A DNA stretch of 61,019 nt, counting the filler. It is 4 parts of 4 records of this genome, joined end to end, with 100 filler letters (N's around TTAATTAATTAA, not from the genome) between each part and the next. Parts side by side here need not be neighbours in the genome. Positions count along the whole stretch, not along the records: positions 5,307 to 16,802 come from SRR20825006_970; positions 16,903 to 37,688 come from SRR20825006_972; 2 more parts are not named here. The stretch is one strand, 5' to 3'. This document shows positions 10,174 to 18,449 of this stretch, one piece after another; the stretch's first letter is position 1; each line of letters begins with the position of its first letter. A model generated the notes under the pieces. The model made no database searches. It saw only the letters and a program-made list of their open reading frames with translations, and was not told the DNA's origin. Both the position numbers and the translations under genes were made by a program.

Positions 10174-11199
10174 TTACCCGTTAAATGTACTTTCTGCAAT
10201 CTGAAAAAGCGTATTTAGCTTCTTTATTTGTTCTGGTTGACCAAGTACCATTAACTTAGAATTTGGCAACAATTGCACACTCGCATCTGGGTTGATTATA
10301 TATTTTCCATCTGGCTGTTTATAACCAATAGCAGTACATCCTGTTTGTCTTCTTAAGTCTAAATCTACTAATGTTTTATACAGATAGCCATCTGGCAAAT
10401 TATCTACTGCCACTTCTTCTAAATTAATTGTAGTTTCATCATCAATAGAAAGCTGATCCATAAATTCTATTAAATCTGGTAAAACCACTAAGGAAGCCAT
10501 ATGATCTCCTCCTATTTTATCTGGCATTATTGTTTTGTTGGCTCCTGCTAATTTTAGTTTTCTTTGAGAAGTTTCTTGAGAAGCTCTACTAATTATAACT
10601 ATTTCTTTATTTAATTGTCTTGAAGAAAGTACAACAAATAAATTATCGGCATCATTAGGAAGGGTTGTAATTAAACATTCTGCTCTTTGGATTCCTGCTG
10701 CTTCAAGAGTTTCGTCTTCATTTGCATTTCCAATAACAAACAAGACTTCATCATTATGTTTATTAACCAATTCTTCATCTTGCTCAATAACAACAAATGA
10801 TTTTCTATAGGCATTGAGTTTCTTTGCTGCTTGCATTCCATTTCTACCATAACCACAAATAATGATATGGTTATTAAGACTATCAACTTGTTTTTTCATT
10901 TTCCTAAATTTTATATTCTGAAGCGTACTTCTAGATAAAACATATTCTGTAACTACAGAAATAGCATATGCTACAATAAAAACACTCGAAGTAATAAGTA
11001 CAATTGTAAATATTTTGGTGATATCGTCCGTTGGTCTTACTTCACTAAAACCAACAGTTGTAATAGTAATCACCGTCATATATGCGGCCTCCACCCAACT
11101 ATAATTCCCAAGCAATCGATACCCAATAATTCCAAAAGAAAAAATAAAGAGTAATAAAGCTACTGCAATGTAAAACTTGGATTTAAATAATTTGAACAT
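10174..11199 (-). CDS. Two-TM potassium channel with RCK (TrkA-N/C) domains
   Basis: Pore motif TITTVGF, HIIICGYGRNG Rossmann motif, C-terminal TrkA-C. Confidence 0.9.
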   Translation of the reverse strand: MFKLFKSKFYIAVALLLFIFSFGIIGYRLLGNYSWVEAAYMTVITITTVGFSEVRPTDDITKIFTIVLITSSVFIVAYAISVVTEYVLSRSTLQNIKFRKMKKQVDSLNNHIIICGYGRNGMQAAKKLNAYRKSFVVIEQDEELVNKHNDEVLFVIGNANEDETLEAAGIQRAECLITTLPNDADNLFVVLSSRQLNKEIVIISRASQETSQRKLKLAGANKTIMPDKIGGDHMASLVVLPDLIEFMDQLSIDDETTINLEEVAVDNLPDGYLYKTLVDLDLRRQTGCTAIGYKQPDGKYIINPDASVQLLPNSKLMVLGQPEQIKKLNTLFQIAESTFNG

Positions 11200-11256
11200 C
11201 TTTTAAACTTTGGATTTCTTACAACTAAATATGTGTTTCTACTCAATTAAACGGGT

Positions 11257-11484
11257 TTACAAATCAAACACAGAAGTTCGTTTTGTGTACACCAAATCTT
11301 TTAGTTTTAACCAAAAAGCTAAAGTCAAATACACTAAAAACCAAATCCCCAACGTAAAAAAAGAAGCATATATAAAAAATAACCTCACATTTTTTGTTTT
11401 CATTCCTAGCCTATCAGCCAATCTTGAAGAAACAGCATAGCCATTTTTTTCAAAATAATATCGAATGTCTTGAAAAGTATTCAT
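11257..11484 (-). CDS. PspC domain small membrane protein
   Basis: SRLADRLG..VRLFFIY..YL.LAF pattern. TATATTTG at 11489-11496, 4 nt before the ATG. Confidence 0.8.
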   Translation of the reverse strand: MNTFQDIRYYFEKNGYAVSSRLADRLGMKTKNVRLFFIYASFFTLGIWFLVYLTLAFWLKLKDLVYTKRTSVFDL

Positions 11485-11499
11485 AGTACAAATATAGAA

Positions 11500-12771
11500 T
11501 TATCGATTCATTAATTTAACTCCTATTTCGCATTGCAAACATTTATTTTTACTACAATAATTATTATAGAGTTGTAGTTGAGCCTGACTCCCTAAAGCCG
11601 TATTAGTTTTAAAACCAATTTTATCAAAGCTATTAATAATTCTATTATCTTCTTTTTTAATTTTTTCAATCATTAAAAAAATACTTTCACTTGCATCTTC
11701 TCCTGTTGCTTTTAAATAACAGAATTTTAGTGGAAGAATGGTGTTAACAATAAGTAAATCTATAAAACTTTTACTGAGTTTTTTTATTTTAGATGAAGTT
11801 GTTTCTTTCCCAAAAGTATAATGTTGCTCCCAATAATTACTAGCTGAAACATCAAAAATAGTATAATAGTTTTCCAGCTCATTACAAGATACCAATTGCT
11901 GAAAAAGGTTAACTTCCTTATTGTATAACGAAGCTATTTGAGACAATCTAATTGTAGGAAAATTATAGGGACGTAATTTAAAATATGCAGGGGTTAAATG
12001 AGACTTTTTTAATGCGTATTTACTTTCTAGGTATTTATATTCTTCTTTTAAATCAATAAAATATTGATCGGCACATTCTACTTCTAACATATTTGAAACT
12101 CCAAATAACAGTGCTTCTACTGTTAAAACGGAATCTCTATTTTTTCTAAGGATCGAAAAAGGTAATTCTTCGGAAAGCTCAAAAAAAGCTTCTCCATTTA
12201 TTTTTAATCCAAAATTTTTCAGAAGCATTTTATACAATACAGCTTCCCAATCATTTTTAGATTCTTGAAGTTTTTGGAGGATCAATTTTGATTTATCATT
12301 TAACCGTTCTACATACAAACGCTCTAACCAGCGGTTTCTAAAAAATGAATCAATTTCCGTTACCTCACTTTCACAATTTACAAAACTAGAACACTTATTT
12401 ATTAAAGCTTGATACGAGATAAGTGTTTCTTTCTGAAGAATGTTTTTTAAAACCAATGTAGCAATTGGAGAATTGTTTTTACTGAACACTTCTGTATTAT
12501 GTTCCCAAACTACATGAAGAATTACATTAGTATAAGCTTCATCTTTTTCATGGTGGTGTGCATACCAAAATGATGATTTTTCATGAATTTCAACATTTCC
12601 AGCCCAATGCTGCCCATCTATTCTAAGTTGGGCATTTAAAAAGTCTGGACCAGCCAGTAAGTTATGAGTCCCTAAAGAAATAACCTCTAACGTTTCCCCG
12701 CTTTCAGTTTTCAAATTGTTAGTCGAAAACTTTTTAAACTTCCATATATAATGCAAAAAATCTTCTTTCAA
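11500..12771 (-). CDS. DUF2851 family protein
   Basis: EDFLHYIWK, GPDF.NA, GNVEIH, RPYNFPTIRL and C-terminal YC..KCL.C.IG motifs. Confidence 0.85.
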   Translation of the reverse strand: MKEDFLHYIWKFKKFSTNNLKTESGETLEVISLGTHNLLAGPDFLNAQLRIDGQHWAGNVEIHEKSSFWYAHHHEKDEAYTNVILHVVWEHNTEVFSKNNSPIATLVLKNILQKETLISYQALINKCSSFVNCESEVTEIDSFFRNRWLERLYVERLNDKSKLILQKLQESKNDWEAVLYKMLLKNFGLKINGEAFFELSEELPFSILRKNRDSVLTVEALLFGVSNMLEVECADQYFIDLKEEYKYLESKYALKKSHLTPAYFKLRPYNFPTIRLSQIASLYNKEVNLFQQLVSCNELENYYTIFDVSASNYWEQHYTFGKETTSSKIKKLSKSFIDLLIVNTILPLKFCYLKATGEDASESIFLMIEKIKKEDNRIINSFDKIGFKTNTALGSQAQLQLYNNYCSKNKCLQCEIGVKLMNR

Positions 12772-12831
12772 AATAGTGACACCTCAAAATTTTGAAAGAA
12801 GATACTGAAAATTTATACAAATAGAACTTAT

Positions 12832-12929
12832 TTACTCGATAATCGAGGTTTTAACTCCGAGCCTAGCCTCGAAATCAAAATGTGCTCCCTGTTTATATGC
12901 CTTATGGGCTTATCCCAGATGTAGTTTAC
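12832..12929 (-). repeat. Palindromic interspersed repeat (degenerate IS200/IS605-end or MITE-like element)
   Basis: Minus strand reads GTAAACTAC..GGGATAAGCCC..TTCGAGGCTAGGCTCGGA..CTCGATTATCGAG, three small hairpins. A related sequence lies at 16748-16802. Confidence 0.5.
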
Positions 12930-12940
12930 TATAAAATAAA

Positions 12941-13255
12941 TTACTCTTCAACTACTTCACCTTCCCAGTTTGAAAAACCTCCTAATAAATTACTAGTATT
13001 TTCAAACCCAAGTTGATTCATTAAAGTACACGCTTGAGCACTACGCGCTCCAGAACGACAATAGACATAATAGTTTTTTGACTTGTCTAATTTTTCAACT
13101 TCGTCTAAAAAACCTTGTCCTTTATATATATCAATATTTATTGCATTTGGGATATATCCATCTTCCACCTCTTCTTCTGTACGTACATCCAAAATAACAG
13201 CATTGCTATCTTGTGCTAATTCCTCTGCCCACTCTTCTTGAGTTAAATCTGCCAT
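12941..13255 (-). CDS. Single-domain rhodanese
   Basis: ILDVRT.EE..GYIPNA and YCRSGARS active-site loop. Confidence 0.9.
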   Translation of the reverse strand: MADLTQEEWAEELAQDSNAVILDVRTEEEVEDGYIPNAINIDIYKGQGFLDEVEKLDKSKNYYVYCRSGARSAQACTLMNQLGFENTSNLLGGFSNWEGEVVEE

Positions 13256-13277
13256 AATTATTTTTTAAAATTAATAT

Positions 13278-13307
13278 GAAAAAAATCCGAAGCAATTACT
13301 TCGGATT
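13278..13307 (-). terminator. Intrinsic terminator-like hairpin
   Basis: On the minus strand AATCCGAAG-TAATTG-CTTCGGATT followed by a T-run. Confidence 0.55.
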
Positions 13308-13373
13308 ACAAATTTATATAAATCTTGTAGAATTAAAGCTTTAGATATCTTTAAAAATTAAATCCCAGAGGGT

Positions 13374-13988
13374 TTAAAGCTTAATAGAACACCCTATAGC
13401 TTTTGTATTTTTTATTTGAATTTCCTCTCCTACCAGCATGGCGTCTATTGCATTTGCCACATAAGCCTTTTCCACTGCTGCTTCGTCTTGATAATTATCG
13501 TCTATTGCACCAATATATTTTACAATATTACCATTGCTTGTTTTTTCAAGCAGAAAGCAATGAGGGGTGCGCTGAGCTCCATAAAGTGGCGATATATTTT
13601 GACCTTTGTCTACTAAATAAGGAAATGTATACCCCTTATTGGCAGCTCGTTCCTGCATTTGTTCGAAACTTTCCTCAGGACTTTTTGAAGGATTATTAGG
13701 GTTTATAGCTATTACAGGAACCCCTTTTAGTTTATACTTTTTATCCAAAGCAATAATCCTTTCTTCGTAGGCATTTGCATACGGACACGTATTACATGTA
13801 AATACAACTAAGAATCCTTTTGCGTCTTTATAGTCGGATAAAGAAACGGTCTTTCCGTCAATATTTTTTAACTTAAAATCTGCTGCCTTATCTCCTATTT
13901 CATACCCATCCCCTATTGAACTAGGAAATGTAAACGCACTGTTAGTGATAACCACCACAATGAGGAATATTATTTTTAACGGTTTCAT
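13374..13988 (-). CDS. Exported thioredoxin/AhpC-TSA family protein
   Basis: FTCNTCPY, YIGAIDD and C-terminal AIGCSIK motifs. Confidence 0.88.
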   Translation of the reverse strand: MKPLKIIFLIVVVITNSAFTFPSSIGDGYEIGDKAADFKLKNIDGKTVSLSDYKDAKGFLVVFTCNTCPYANAYEERIIALDKKYKLKGVPVIAINPNNPSKSPEESFEQMQERAANKGYTFPYLVDKGQNISPLYGAQRTPHCFLLEKTSNGNIVKYIGAIDDNYQDEAAVEKAYVANAIDAMLVGEEIQIKNTKAIGCSIKL

Positions 13989-14003
13989 TTTATGTAGGTT
14001 AGT

Positions 14004-14564
14004 TTAGTTAGTAATAAAACCCTTTAGTTGATCTTCTAATTCTATAAAGGTAAAAGATTTTTCATAAAAAGAACGGTTATTTTCATTAATTATTATTGTT
14101 GCTGGAATTGCCCCCGACCAATCTTTATCTACTTTTGGAATCCAACGATTCTGTTTAGGATCATCTAAAAGAATAACATTACTTTTTAATTTGTTCTTCT
14201 CTATAAATGGAACCAATACATCATCCACTTTTTTGGGAAAGTCTAGGCTTACTAAAATAACTTCTACATTTTGTCCTTTATATTTATCATAAATTTTTTC
14301 AAAACTTGGAAGCTCTTCAACACAAGGTTTACACCAAGTAGCCCAAAAATTAACTACATAAGTTTTAGTATCGTTTGTTGCTATTAACTTTTCAAAACTG
14401 TCATAATCATACACAGGTATTGTAATATCCTTAGCCTTAATAATATCTATTGGTTCTACCTTATTAAAATTATTTATGGCTACTACTTTACGTTCCGAAT
14501 TGGACTCTTTACAACCAAATAACACCACTATAAATACTATTGTTACTATCGTTTTCATTCTCAT
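14004..14564 (-). CDS. TlpA-family disulfide reductase lipoprotein
   Basis: Lipobox LFGC; VNFWATWCKPCVEELP; GAIPAT. Confidence 0.88.
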   Translation of the reverse strand: MRMKTIVTIVFIVVLFGCKESNSERKVVAINNFNKVEPIDIIKAKDITIPVYDYDSFEKLIATNDTKTYVVNFWATWCKPCVEELPSFEKIYDKYKGQNVEVILVSLDFPKKVDDVLVPFIEKNKLKSNVILLDDPKQNRWIPKVDKDWSGAIPATIIINENNRSFYEKSFTFIELEDQLKGFITN

Positions 14565-14669
14565 TATTCATTAATTAGCATCTTATAAATGTATCAATAG
14601 GAAAGACATCTCAATAAGTTTTAACAATATTTTATAAGTTAAATGTTTTGCACTTCATTCAAATCATAT

Positions 14670-14701
14670 TACATTTGTACATACAAATATTGTAATAACA
14701 A
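14670..14701 (+). promoter_or_regulatory. Promoter TACATTTG overlapped by a putative MarR operator
   Basis: Palindrome ATTTGTACATACAAAT (14673-14688) followed by TTGTAATAACAA (14690-14701). Confidence 0.6.
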
Positions 14702-15151
14702 ATGAAAATTGAAGACGCTATAAAATCTAATGCTATGCCAGATGGTAGAAAAACTGCTATACATATTATGTATACAGCCAATGCCATTCAGGATAAATCG
14801 GCAGAGATTCTAAAGCCATTTGGAATTACACCCCCGCAATTTAATGTATTGCGCATTTTAAGAGGCCAAAAAGGGAAGCCTGCCAACCTTTGTACCATTC
14901 AAGAACGAATGATTAGCAAAATGAGTAATACTACTCGTTTAGTTGATAAGTTAATTACTAAAGGACTGGTAAATAGAGTTACTTGTGAAGAAAATAGGCG
15001 GAAAGTAGAAATTAGTATCACAGAGAAAGGACTAAAATTACTTTCTGAAATAGATGAGCCTATTGATCTTCAAAATGAAAATATTATAAAAAATCTATCT
15101 TCAGAAGAAATAGAACAATTAAATAATATACTTGAAAAAATAAGAGGTTAA
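14702..15151 (+). CDS. MarR-family transcriptional regulator
   Basis: ITPPQFNVLRILRG, SNTTRLVDKL and ENRRKVEISITEKG motifs. Confidence 0.92.
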   Translation: MKIEDAIKSNAMPDGRKTAIHIMYTANAIQDKSAEILKPFGITPPQFNVLRILRGQKGKPANLCTIQERMISKMSNTTRLVDKLITKGLVNRVTCEENRRKVEISITEKGLKLLSEIDEPIDLQNENIIKNLSSEEIEQLNNILEKIRG

Positions 15152-15169
15152 AAAAATTTAAAACAACAA

Positions 15170-15196
15170 TTGTACATACAACTAATGTAAAAACAA
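15170..15196 (+). promoter_or_regulatory. Second copy of the putative MarR operator pair
   Basis: TTGTACATACAA (15170-15181), identical to 14675-14686, followed 3 nt later by ATGTAAAAACAA. Confidence 0.55.
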
Positions 15197-15201
15197 CAAT
15201 C

Positions 15202-15834
15202 ATGAGTACTTATAACAATAATTTAAATTGGCGTTATGCCACCAAAAAATTTGATGCCACCAAAAAAGTATCAGAAAAAGACCTAGAAGCTTTAAAAGAA
15301 GCTATCCAATTATCTGCTTCTTCTTATGGATTACAACCTTATAAAGTAATTATAGTTTCCGACCAAGAAACTAAAGAGAAATTAAAGCCAGTAGCTTGGA
15401 ACCAGTCGCAAATTACAGATGCTTCACACATCGTTATTTTTGCTAGCATTAACAACTTTGGAGAAGATCATATCAATGATTTTATAAAAAATGTAAGTGA
15501 AACAAGAGATTTAGCTATTGAAAATCTTCAAGGCTATTCAGATTTAATGAAAAACTCATTAATGCCTCTTCCAGAAGACATTAGAAATATATGGTCTGCA
15601 AAGCAAACCTATATTGCGCTTGGAAATTTATTGTCTGCAGCAGCAGATTTAAAAATTGACACTTGCCCGATGGAAGGTTTTGAAGCTGATAAATTTGCAG
15701 ACATTTTAGGTTTAAAAGAGCTTGGCTTAACTCCTTCTGTAATTGCACCTATAGGGTACCGTTCTGAAGAAGATGAAACACAACACTATAAAAAAGTTAG
15801 AAAATCTACAGAAGAATTATTTATCAATATTTAA
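15202..15834 (+). CDS. NAD(P)H-dependent nitroreductase family oxidoreductase
   Basis: LNWRYATKKFD, SASSYGLQPY, DTCPMEGF and KVRKS motifs. Confidence 0.92.
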   Translation: MSTYNNNLNWRYATKKFDATKKVSEKDLEALKEAIQLSASSYGLQPYKVIIVSDQETKEKLKPVAWNQSQITDASHIVIFASINNFGEDHINDFIKNVSETRDLAIENLQGYSDLMKNSLMPLPEDIRNIWSAKQTYIALGNLLSAAADLKIDTCPMEGFEADKFADILGLKELGLTPSVIAPIGYRSEEDETQHYKKVRKSTEELFINI

Positions 15835-15888
15835 AAACAACAGAATACGTACTATATTATTATAAAGAATTATTAAAAAAATAAACAT

Positions 15889-16461
15889 ATGAAAAATAAA
15901 ATATTAAAATCAGTAACAATATTCGCAGTAGTATTAGGAACATCATCTTTTACAGAACCAGATACCAAAAAAGTAGATACCGAAAAGAGTGAAATTACTT
16001 GGAAAGGGTATAAAGTAACAGGATCTCATGAAGGTACTATTGCTTTAAAAAGCGGAGAGTTAAAATTTGATGGAGATAAACTTATAGGAGGAGAATTTGC
16101 AGTAGATATGACTACAATTGGTGCTACCGATTTAAGTGGAGAATACAAAACAAAACTAGATGGTCATTTAAAATCTAATGATTTCTTTGGTGTTGAGAAT
16201 CATCCTACAGCTACTTTAGTAATTACAAAGGTAAATCCTACTGGTAAAAATTCTTACGAAGTTACTGGAGACCTAACTATTAAAGGTAAGACAAATCCTA
16301 TAACTTTTGAAATGTCTGTATACGGAAGTAAAGCTACAGCAAATTTAAAAATAGACAGAACAAAATACGATGTTCGTTACGGTTCTGGAAGTTTCTTTGA
16401 CAACCTTGGAGACAAAACAATATATGATGAATTTGATTTAGTGGTAGATTTAGTATTCTAA
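15889..16461 (+). CDS. YceI family lipid/polyisoprenoid-binding protein
   Basis: Signal peptide; ITWKGYKVTGSH.G, LDGHLKS.DFF and GDLTIKG motifs. Confidence 0.9.
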   Translation: MKNKILKSVTIFAVVLGTSSFTEPDTKKVDTEKSEITWKGYKVTGSHEGTIALKSGELKFDGDKLIGGEFAVDMTTIGATDLSGEYKTKLDGHLKSNDFFGVENHPTATLVITKVNPTGKNSYEVTGDLTIKGKTNPITFEMSVYGSKATANLKIDRTKYDVRYGSGSFFDNLGDKTIYDEFDLVVDLVF

Positions 16462-16482
16462 ATCAATTCATTCCCAAACCTT

Positions 16483-16513
16483 AAAAAAGCTGCCTCTGGG
16501 CAGCTTTTTTTTT
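16483..16513 (+). terminator. Intrinsic terminator after yceI
   Basis: AAAAAAGCTGCC-TCTG-GGCAGCTTTTTTTTT. Confidence 0.85.
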
Positions 16514-16602
16514 GGCAACTTTCTAACATTCAAAAAGAATTTAGTTGTAAATACTCTTTTTAGTTTGATAAATGAAAATTGATTTCTATATTTGGTTCAT
16601 CA

Positions 16603-16659
16603 ATGAGAACAATTAGAAGAAATACTTGGTGGTGGTCTAACTTACGTAAAACGTCGTGA
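16603..16659 (+). CDS. trpL: Tryptophan attenuator leader peptide MRTIRRNTWWWSNLRKTS
   Basis: 18-codon ORF with three tandem TGG codons, TATATTTG at 16587-16594, and a terminator downstream. Confidence 0.82.
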   Translation: MRTIRRNTWWWSNLRKTS

Positions 16660-16691
16660 GGTAGCATTGCTGTGATATTTTTAAAATATAC

Positions 16692-16726
16692 AAAAAGGCT
16701 TGTCAATCACGACAAGCCTTTTTTTT
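16692..16726 (+). terminator. Attenuator terminator of the trp leader
   Basis: AAAAAGGCTTGTC-AATCAC-GACAAGCCTTTTTTTT. GTCGTGA (16653-16659) can pair with TCACGAC (16707-16713) as an antiterminator. Confidence 0.82.
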
Positions 16727-16747
16727 ATTTAAAAAGTTACACAGAAA

Positions 16748-16802
16748 TCAACTACCTCGAGGCAAAACCTACAGGTATTTAAAGGAAAATAATTTAATCC
16801 AT
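16748..16802 (+). repeat. Start of a palindromic repeat or IS200/IS605-like end, cut by the contig end
   Basis: TCAAC-TACCT-CG-AGG-CAAAA-CCT-AC-AGGTA imperfect hairpin, similar to the 12832-12929 element. Confidence 0.45.
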
Positions 16803-16902
16803 NNNNNNNNNNNNNNNNNNNNNNNNNNNNNNNNNNNNNNNNNNNNTTAATTAATTAANNNNNNNNNNNNNNNNNNNNNNNNNNNNNNNNNNNNNNNNNN
16901 NN
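16803..16902. other. Artificial contig linker
   Basis: N-run, TTAATTAATTAA, N-run. Confidence 0.98.
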
Positions 16903-16925
16903 CTTAATTTGTTGTACAGTTGCAT
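16903..16925 (-). CDS. N-terminal fragment (MQLYNKL..) probably of a rhodanese-related sulfurtransferase (TrhO/YceA-like)
   Basis: ATG CAA CTG TAC AAC AAA TTA downstream of TACCTTTG (16962-16969). N-terminus recalled from flavobacterial homologues; only 7 codons are visible. Confidence 0.45.
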
Positions 16926-16996
16926 GCTATACGTGATTTAAGGTTAAGAAAATTTAAGCTACAAAGGTAGTTAAAGTATATTTTATTGCTAAAATT

Positions 16997-17038
16997 AAAA
17001 ATGCCCGATAAGTTGAGATTACCTTATCGGGCATTTTT
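16997..17038. terminator. Strong intrinsic terminator (16-bp stem)
   Basis: AAAAATGCCCGATAAG-N10-CTTATCGGGCATTTTT. Confidence 0.8.
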
Positions 17039-17212
17039 CGAATGGCTAATTCGTTACTAAAATTTTTTGTGTTCTAAAAAAATCGTTGTAACGCATTAGC
17101 CTCCATCAGCTTTAAAGCTACAACCTAAAAGGATTGCAGCTTTGCAGCTTCCTGAAGAGTTCAAAATAATTGTTTTTTGAAAAAACTTCATAGCACTTTG
17201 TTCATTTGCTTT
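16997..17212 (-). ncRNA. Candidate ECF-sigma-dependent small RNA (about 210 nt)
   Basis: Lies between the ECF-type promoter (17244-17219) and the terminator. Internal 12-bp hairpin at 17114-17143 has G.U pairs only on the minus strand. Confidence 0.5.
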
Positions 17213-17218
17213 TATAAA

Positions 17219-17244
17219 AGATGCTTTATTTTTAAAAAGGTTGC
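17219..17244 (-). promoter_or_regulatory. ECF-type promoter GCAACC-N14-GCATCT
   Basis: Same hexamers and spacing as 18399-18424. Confidence 0.65.
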
Positions 17245-17336
17245 GTGTGTTGATATGTTAATTTTAAAAACATTGTCCTTAGCCAAAAGAGTTACTACCT
17301 TAGCGACATAAGACAGAATTTAATAAAAGATTGAAA

Positions 17337-18350
17337 ATGAGCGATAAAAAAGAAAAAGAAGCAAAACTAAAAGCACTAAAGCTTACTTTAGATAAGATGG
17401 ACAAGACTTATGGTAAAGGTACAGTCATGAAAATGAGTGATCAATCTGTGAGTGATGTTGAAGCAATTTCTACAGGTTCTTTAGGTTTAGATTTAGCTTT
17501 GGGAGTAGGTGGTTACCCTAGAGGACGTATAGTTGAAATTTACGGTCCAGAATCTTCAGGTAAGACAACCTTAACCTTGCACGCCATAGCAGAAGCTCAA
17601 AAAGCGGGTGGCATAGCTGCTTTTATAGATGCAGAACACGCTTTTGACCGTTTTTATGCTGAAAAATTAGGAGTAGACTTAGAGAACTTAATTATATCTC
17701 AACCAGATAATGGTGAGCAGGCTCTAGAAATTACAGACAACTTAATTAGATCTGGCGCTATAGATATTATTGTAATTGACTCGGTTGCGGCACTTACACC
17801 TAAAAGTGAGATTGAAGGTGAAATGGGAGATTCTAAAATGGGTCTTCACGCAAGATTAATGTCTCAAGCATTAAGAAAGCTAACAGGATCTATAAGTAAA
17901 ACCAAGTGTACTGTTATCTTCATTAACCAATTGCGTGAAAAAATTGGAGTTATGTTTGGTAACCCAGAAACTACAACAGGTGGTAATGCACTTAAATTTT
18001 ACTGTTCAGTTAGATTAGACATTCGTCGATCTACACAAATAAAAGACAGCAATAGCGAGGTGCAAGGTAATAAGACACGTGTAAAAGTTGTTAAAAACAA
18101 AGTAGCACCACCATTTAGAACAGCAGAGTTCGATATTATGTACGGTCAAGGAATTTCTAAGGTTGGTGAAATTATTGATATTGGTGTAGACTATGAAATT
18201 GTTAAAAAAGCAGGTTCCTGGTTTAGCTATGAAGACACAAAGCTAGGACAAGGTAGAGATGCTGTAAAAGCATTATTACTAGATAATCCAGAGTTAATGG
18301 AAGAGCTAGAAACCAAAATTAAAGCCGCCATAAAAGTGGCAAAAGAATAA
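17337..18350 (+). CDS. recA: Recombinase RecA
   Basis: [26 protein letters not shown] and GGNALKFY motifs. Confidence 0.98.
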   Translation: MSDKKEKEAKLKALKLTLDKMDKTYGKGTVMKMSDQSVSDVEAISTGSLGLDLALGVGGYPRGRIVEIYGPESSGKTTLTLHAIAEAQKAGGIAAFIDAEHAFDRFYAEKLGVDLENLIISQPDNGEQALEITDNLIRSGAIDIIVIDSVAALTPKSEIEGEMGDSKMGLHARLMSQALRKLTGSISKTKCTVIFINQLREKIGVMFGNPETTTGGNALKFYCSVRLDIRRSTQIKDSNSEVQGNKTRVKVVKNKVAPPFRTAEFDIMYGQGISKVGEIIDIGVDYEIVKKAGSWFSYEDTKLGQGRDAVKALLLDNPELMEELETKIKAAIKVAKE

Positions 18351-18389
18351 AAAAAAAAAATCTCAAATTAATTTTTGAGATTTTTTTTT
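18351..18389 (+). terminator. AT-rich terminator after recA
   Basis: A-run-TCTCAAA-TTAATT-TTTGAGA-T-run. Confidence 0.65.
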
Positions 18390-18398
18390 GCCTCAAAC

Positions 18399-18424
18399 GC
18401 AACCATTTATAAAAAATTGCATCT
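18399..18424 (+). promoter_or_regulatory. ECF-type promoter of the lipoprotein-sigma-anti-sigma operon
   Basis: GCAACC-ATTTATAAAAAATT-GCATCT, 25 nt before ATG 18450. Confidence 0.65.
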
Positions 18425-18449
18425 TAATAAAAAACCCCATTTTAATAAG

